DNA from: Podarcis pityusensis
Taxonomy: Eukaryota
Direction: 5' to 3' (one strand)
Length of the DNA: 64,000 bases
Assembly (NCBI GenBank): GCA_964106645.2
Contig: OZ067038.1
Shown here piece by piece: positions 61,209 through 64,000 of the stretch (position 1 is its first letter; each line of letters starts with the position of its first letter). Under the pieces are notes generated by a model. That model had not been told where the DNA came from, did no database searches, and was given only the letters and a program-made list of their open reading frames with translations. A program made the translations under genes and the position numbers.

Positions 61209-64000
61209 TATTGAACACCTCAAACCCTTGACATTACCCACTTCTAATGCACACTGAGACTGTCTTATAGCATATCCCAGTTACAACATACAAGTTCTAA
61301 TTAAATCCTAATATTTACTAAACCTAAACATTTAGCACCATATATCTATTACAACATGATATGGGCTTTCCATAGACACCAATATATGCAGTGGCCTGAT
61401 TAGCAGATTTCCTTCACCTCACAAAAAGAGCTGAAGAGTCTGAACTAGCCTATGAATCACTAAAATCTAGTTAAGTAATAACTAGATGTAAAAGGAGAAG
61501 GGAACTACATAGACATGAGAGACGCATTAAAGACATTTTTACTAGGCTAATATCATGTTACCCTGTCTGAGATTAGGACTAAATATAACTCAAGCATTTA
61601 ATCACTGTAATAACACCCTAGGTGCTTGCATTTTAAAAGACACATCACATAGTCAAAACGACAGTCTACTACAGTTCACATGTTTAGGGGATATATTTCT
61701 ACTATTGAACAGTATTGAGTTTTAAAATGCCTTCACTGTTATTATTAGTTTATTGAAATACTAATGGTATGTTTTACGGACTGACTAGGTGAGAAACTAT
61801 GAACTAAATACAATTCAATGAGATCTCACATCATGACATACAGGCAGAAAATGGAACTCTAAATAAGATCAAAAAGTTTTAAATGCGTAACCACTCCTAT
61901 TAAAACATTATTAGGTCTTGTGTCCCACAATAAAATGTGAACTATTAACAACGTATATTATTTGTATATGCTTTGTACTGCAGAAACACAATTATCAAAT
62001 AGCTGGTTTTGCAAAAGCCCACCTAGGAGGCACCAAGGCACCTATTCTGAAATCAGTAAGTATCTTATGTTCATCTTTGTGGAGCACGAGACTAGAGAAG
62101 GGTGAACTGAAAACTGCTCATCTTGAAAACCAGTTTTGCCAATTTGACATCAAGGCTCCTTGGGAGGGATTTCCTGTTCAGAATAACACTCAATGAAGCC
62201 CAGTTTCCTTCTGGTCCCCACAGGGAGAAAGCTTACCTTGGAGGTTCGGGCAGGGCATTAGACAGCAGGTCCTTTGGGGAGACTCCCCTCCTTCCCTTGA
62301 ACTTCCTTGGAAACTGAAAACAACACAGGCTGTGTAGAGACAACTTTAGTATCTTCTTCCACTTAGAATCATGGAGGCTGAACTTCAACTTCCATCATCC
62401 CTAGTGGAAACACCAGTATTGGGTCTCTCCTATACTGAATGCTCTCACCTGCTCTCTTGTGCTGTCCTCCAAGATCAGTTTTCTTGCCCTTGGGAGTCAG
62501 TATGGACCATGCTGTCTTACCCACCCCTGTTCTGCTTGATTTCCAACCCTGTTCCTTGATTTCTTGCAACATCCCTACGAGATACTCACTTTTTAAAATG
62601 GTTGGGATTCACAGAGCTATTATCAGTACGTGTAAGGGCTTGGGCATACTCAACAGAATTTCAGGCTCAACTCTGATTCTGTTTGATCAGAGGCATCTTC
62701 ATGTAATGTTTGAGGAATGAATGTGAGAGTAAGGAACACTCACCCTGGAGGCGGGGGGAATCCCAAAATGAATTTTGTTTGCTCACTCATTTGTACAACC
62801 CCACCTCGTTCCTGTGAATACACTGCTAATTAAATATCTTTAAATCTTGTGACCAGCGTTTTTAAGGCTTCTCTGCTCAAACGCTTCCTAAAATTTTGAA
62901 GCGAGGCAGTAAACAGTGTTAACGGAGAAATCCGGGGGATTCCTGCAACAGCAGGGATACATGTGTCTGGTGAAGAAATCGTACACTCCCTCCACCCTGC
63001 TCCCAGAGTAGGGAAATACCAAGCCACAACCACTTGGCCCATATTCCACCACTAAAAAATGGCTCTGTGGACTAGCCATAAGCTGTGTGGATTGTGACTG
63101 TGACTGTGACTGTGCTGTTTATGCATGGCTTTGGTTTTGTGGCATGAGAAGTATGTCATAGCCTCAAGGGAAAGGGCAGCAATGTTTTGACAACTTTTAT
63201 GGCAAAGATGGGAAGTGTATGAAGTGAAATGTGATATTCTATTGATGTGTTTGATTCTCCAGAACAATAGCTTGGTACAGTGGTTTTCTAACTATGGGCC
63301 AGGAAATGCCAGGCTTCCTTGGAAGTGGTTCTTCAATTAAGAGATAAATAATAGCAGGCAACCATTTGTGAAATACGGCACACCCACTACTACAAATCTT
63401 TCCCTGCAATCGCAAGGGGGGGAGAATTAGGTATGCTCTGGAGTGTTCTCTCAAGTTTGCATTGGGCAATAACAAGGTTAATAGGCCTGGCTATTACTCT
63501 ATGTGGATCCAATGAGAATGCTGCAAAATCCTTTGACACACAAAAACATCTATGGCAGACATACAGAAGTTCCTCAGCAAGCAAAAGGGGAAAGACGATA
63601 TTTACTGTAAAATACTACACAGGCAATTCCAAAACGGTATTGGCTAGACCAGGGATGGGACATCTGTAGCCTGACAGATAGTGTTGGGACTCCAATTCTG
63701 ATAAGCCCCCAGCCAGCATGGCCAATGGGCAAGGATTATGGGAATTGTGGTCCAACAACATCTGGCAGGCAATGGTGTGATTCAGTATGACTTTCAACAT
63801 ATTTGCGGATGTCTTAGGAATATTTTTTGATTATTTAGCAATGACTATTTCACTTTAAGAGCCATCTTACTAAGGAAAGCCAATGGTCTCTCTAGCTTAA
63901 TATTATGCAACGAGGATGGACCACTTCCAATTAAAAAAATGGAAACAGTAGGCATACACATCTGACTAGAGTGGGATGTTACCACACCATCACTGGAGAA

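Noticed and set aside
37314-64000. Upstream CSTPP1 coding exon (DLLTMKEYHCLLQLLCPDFP-like)
   Set aside because: Not found by eye or in the ORF track; presumed to lie beyond the window.

Overview
Vertebrate genomic DNA with spliced genes. The host is probably a squamate, most likely a lacertid lizard; this is inferred from Sauria SINEs, a Bov-B tail and tRNA-Lys/CR1 SINEs. Three protein-coding genes can be supported. (1) A complete 16-exon ARFGAP2 on + (11394-26419, 525 aa, one GC-AG intron). (2) The last five coding exons of CSTPP1/C11orf49 on - (29477-37313); its upstream exons were not found, so 37314-64000 is read as one large intron. (3) A THAP-domain gene most similar to THAP7 on - (ATG 11191), head-to-head with ARFGAP2 across a 202-bp CpG-island promoter. 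The rest is intronic or intergenic DNA rich in SINEs, LINE fragments (L2, CR1, RTE, L1/Tx1), hAT and Tc1/mariner MITEs, a probable solo LTR and microsatellites. Most ORF-track entries are spurious. I found no clearly new multi-gene system. The best leads are the THAP/ARFGAP2 bidirectional unit (with a possible THAP-only mini-protein and a 120-aa spliced overlapping uORF) and several decayed coding-like stretches in introns. All homology calls come from recalled protein and repeat sequences; no search was run.
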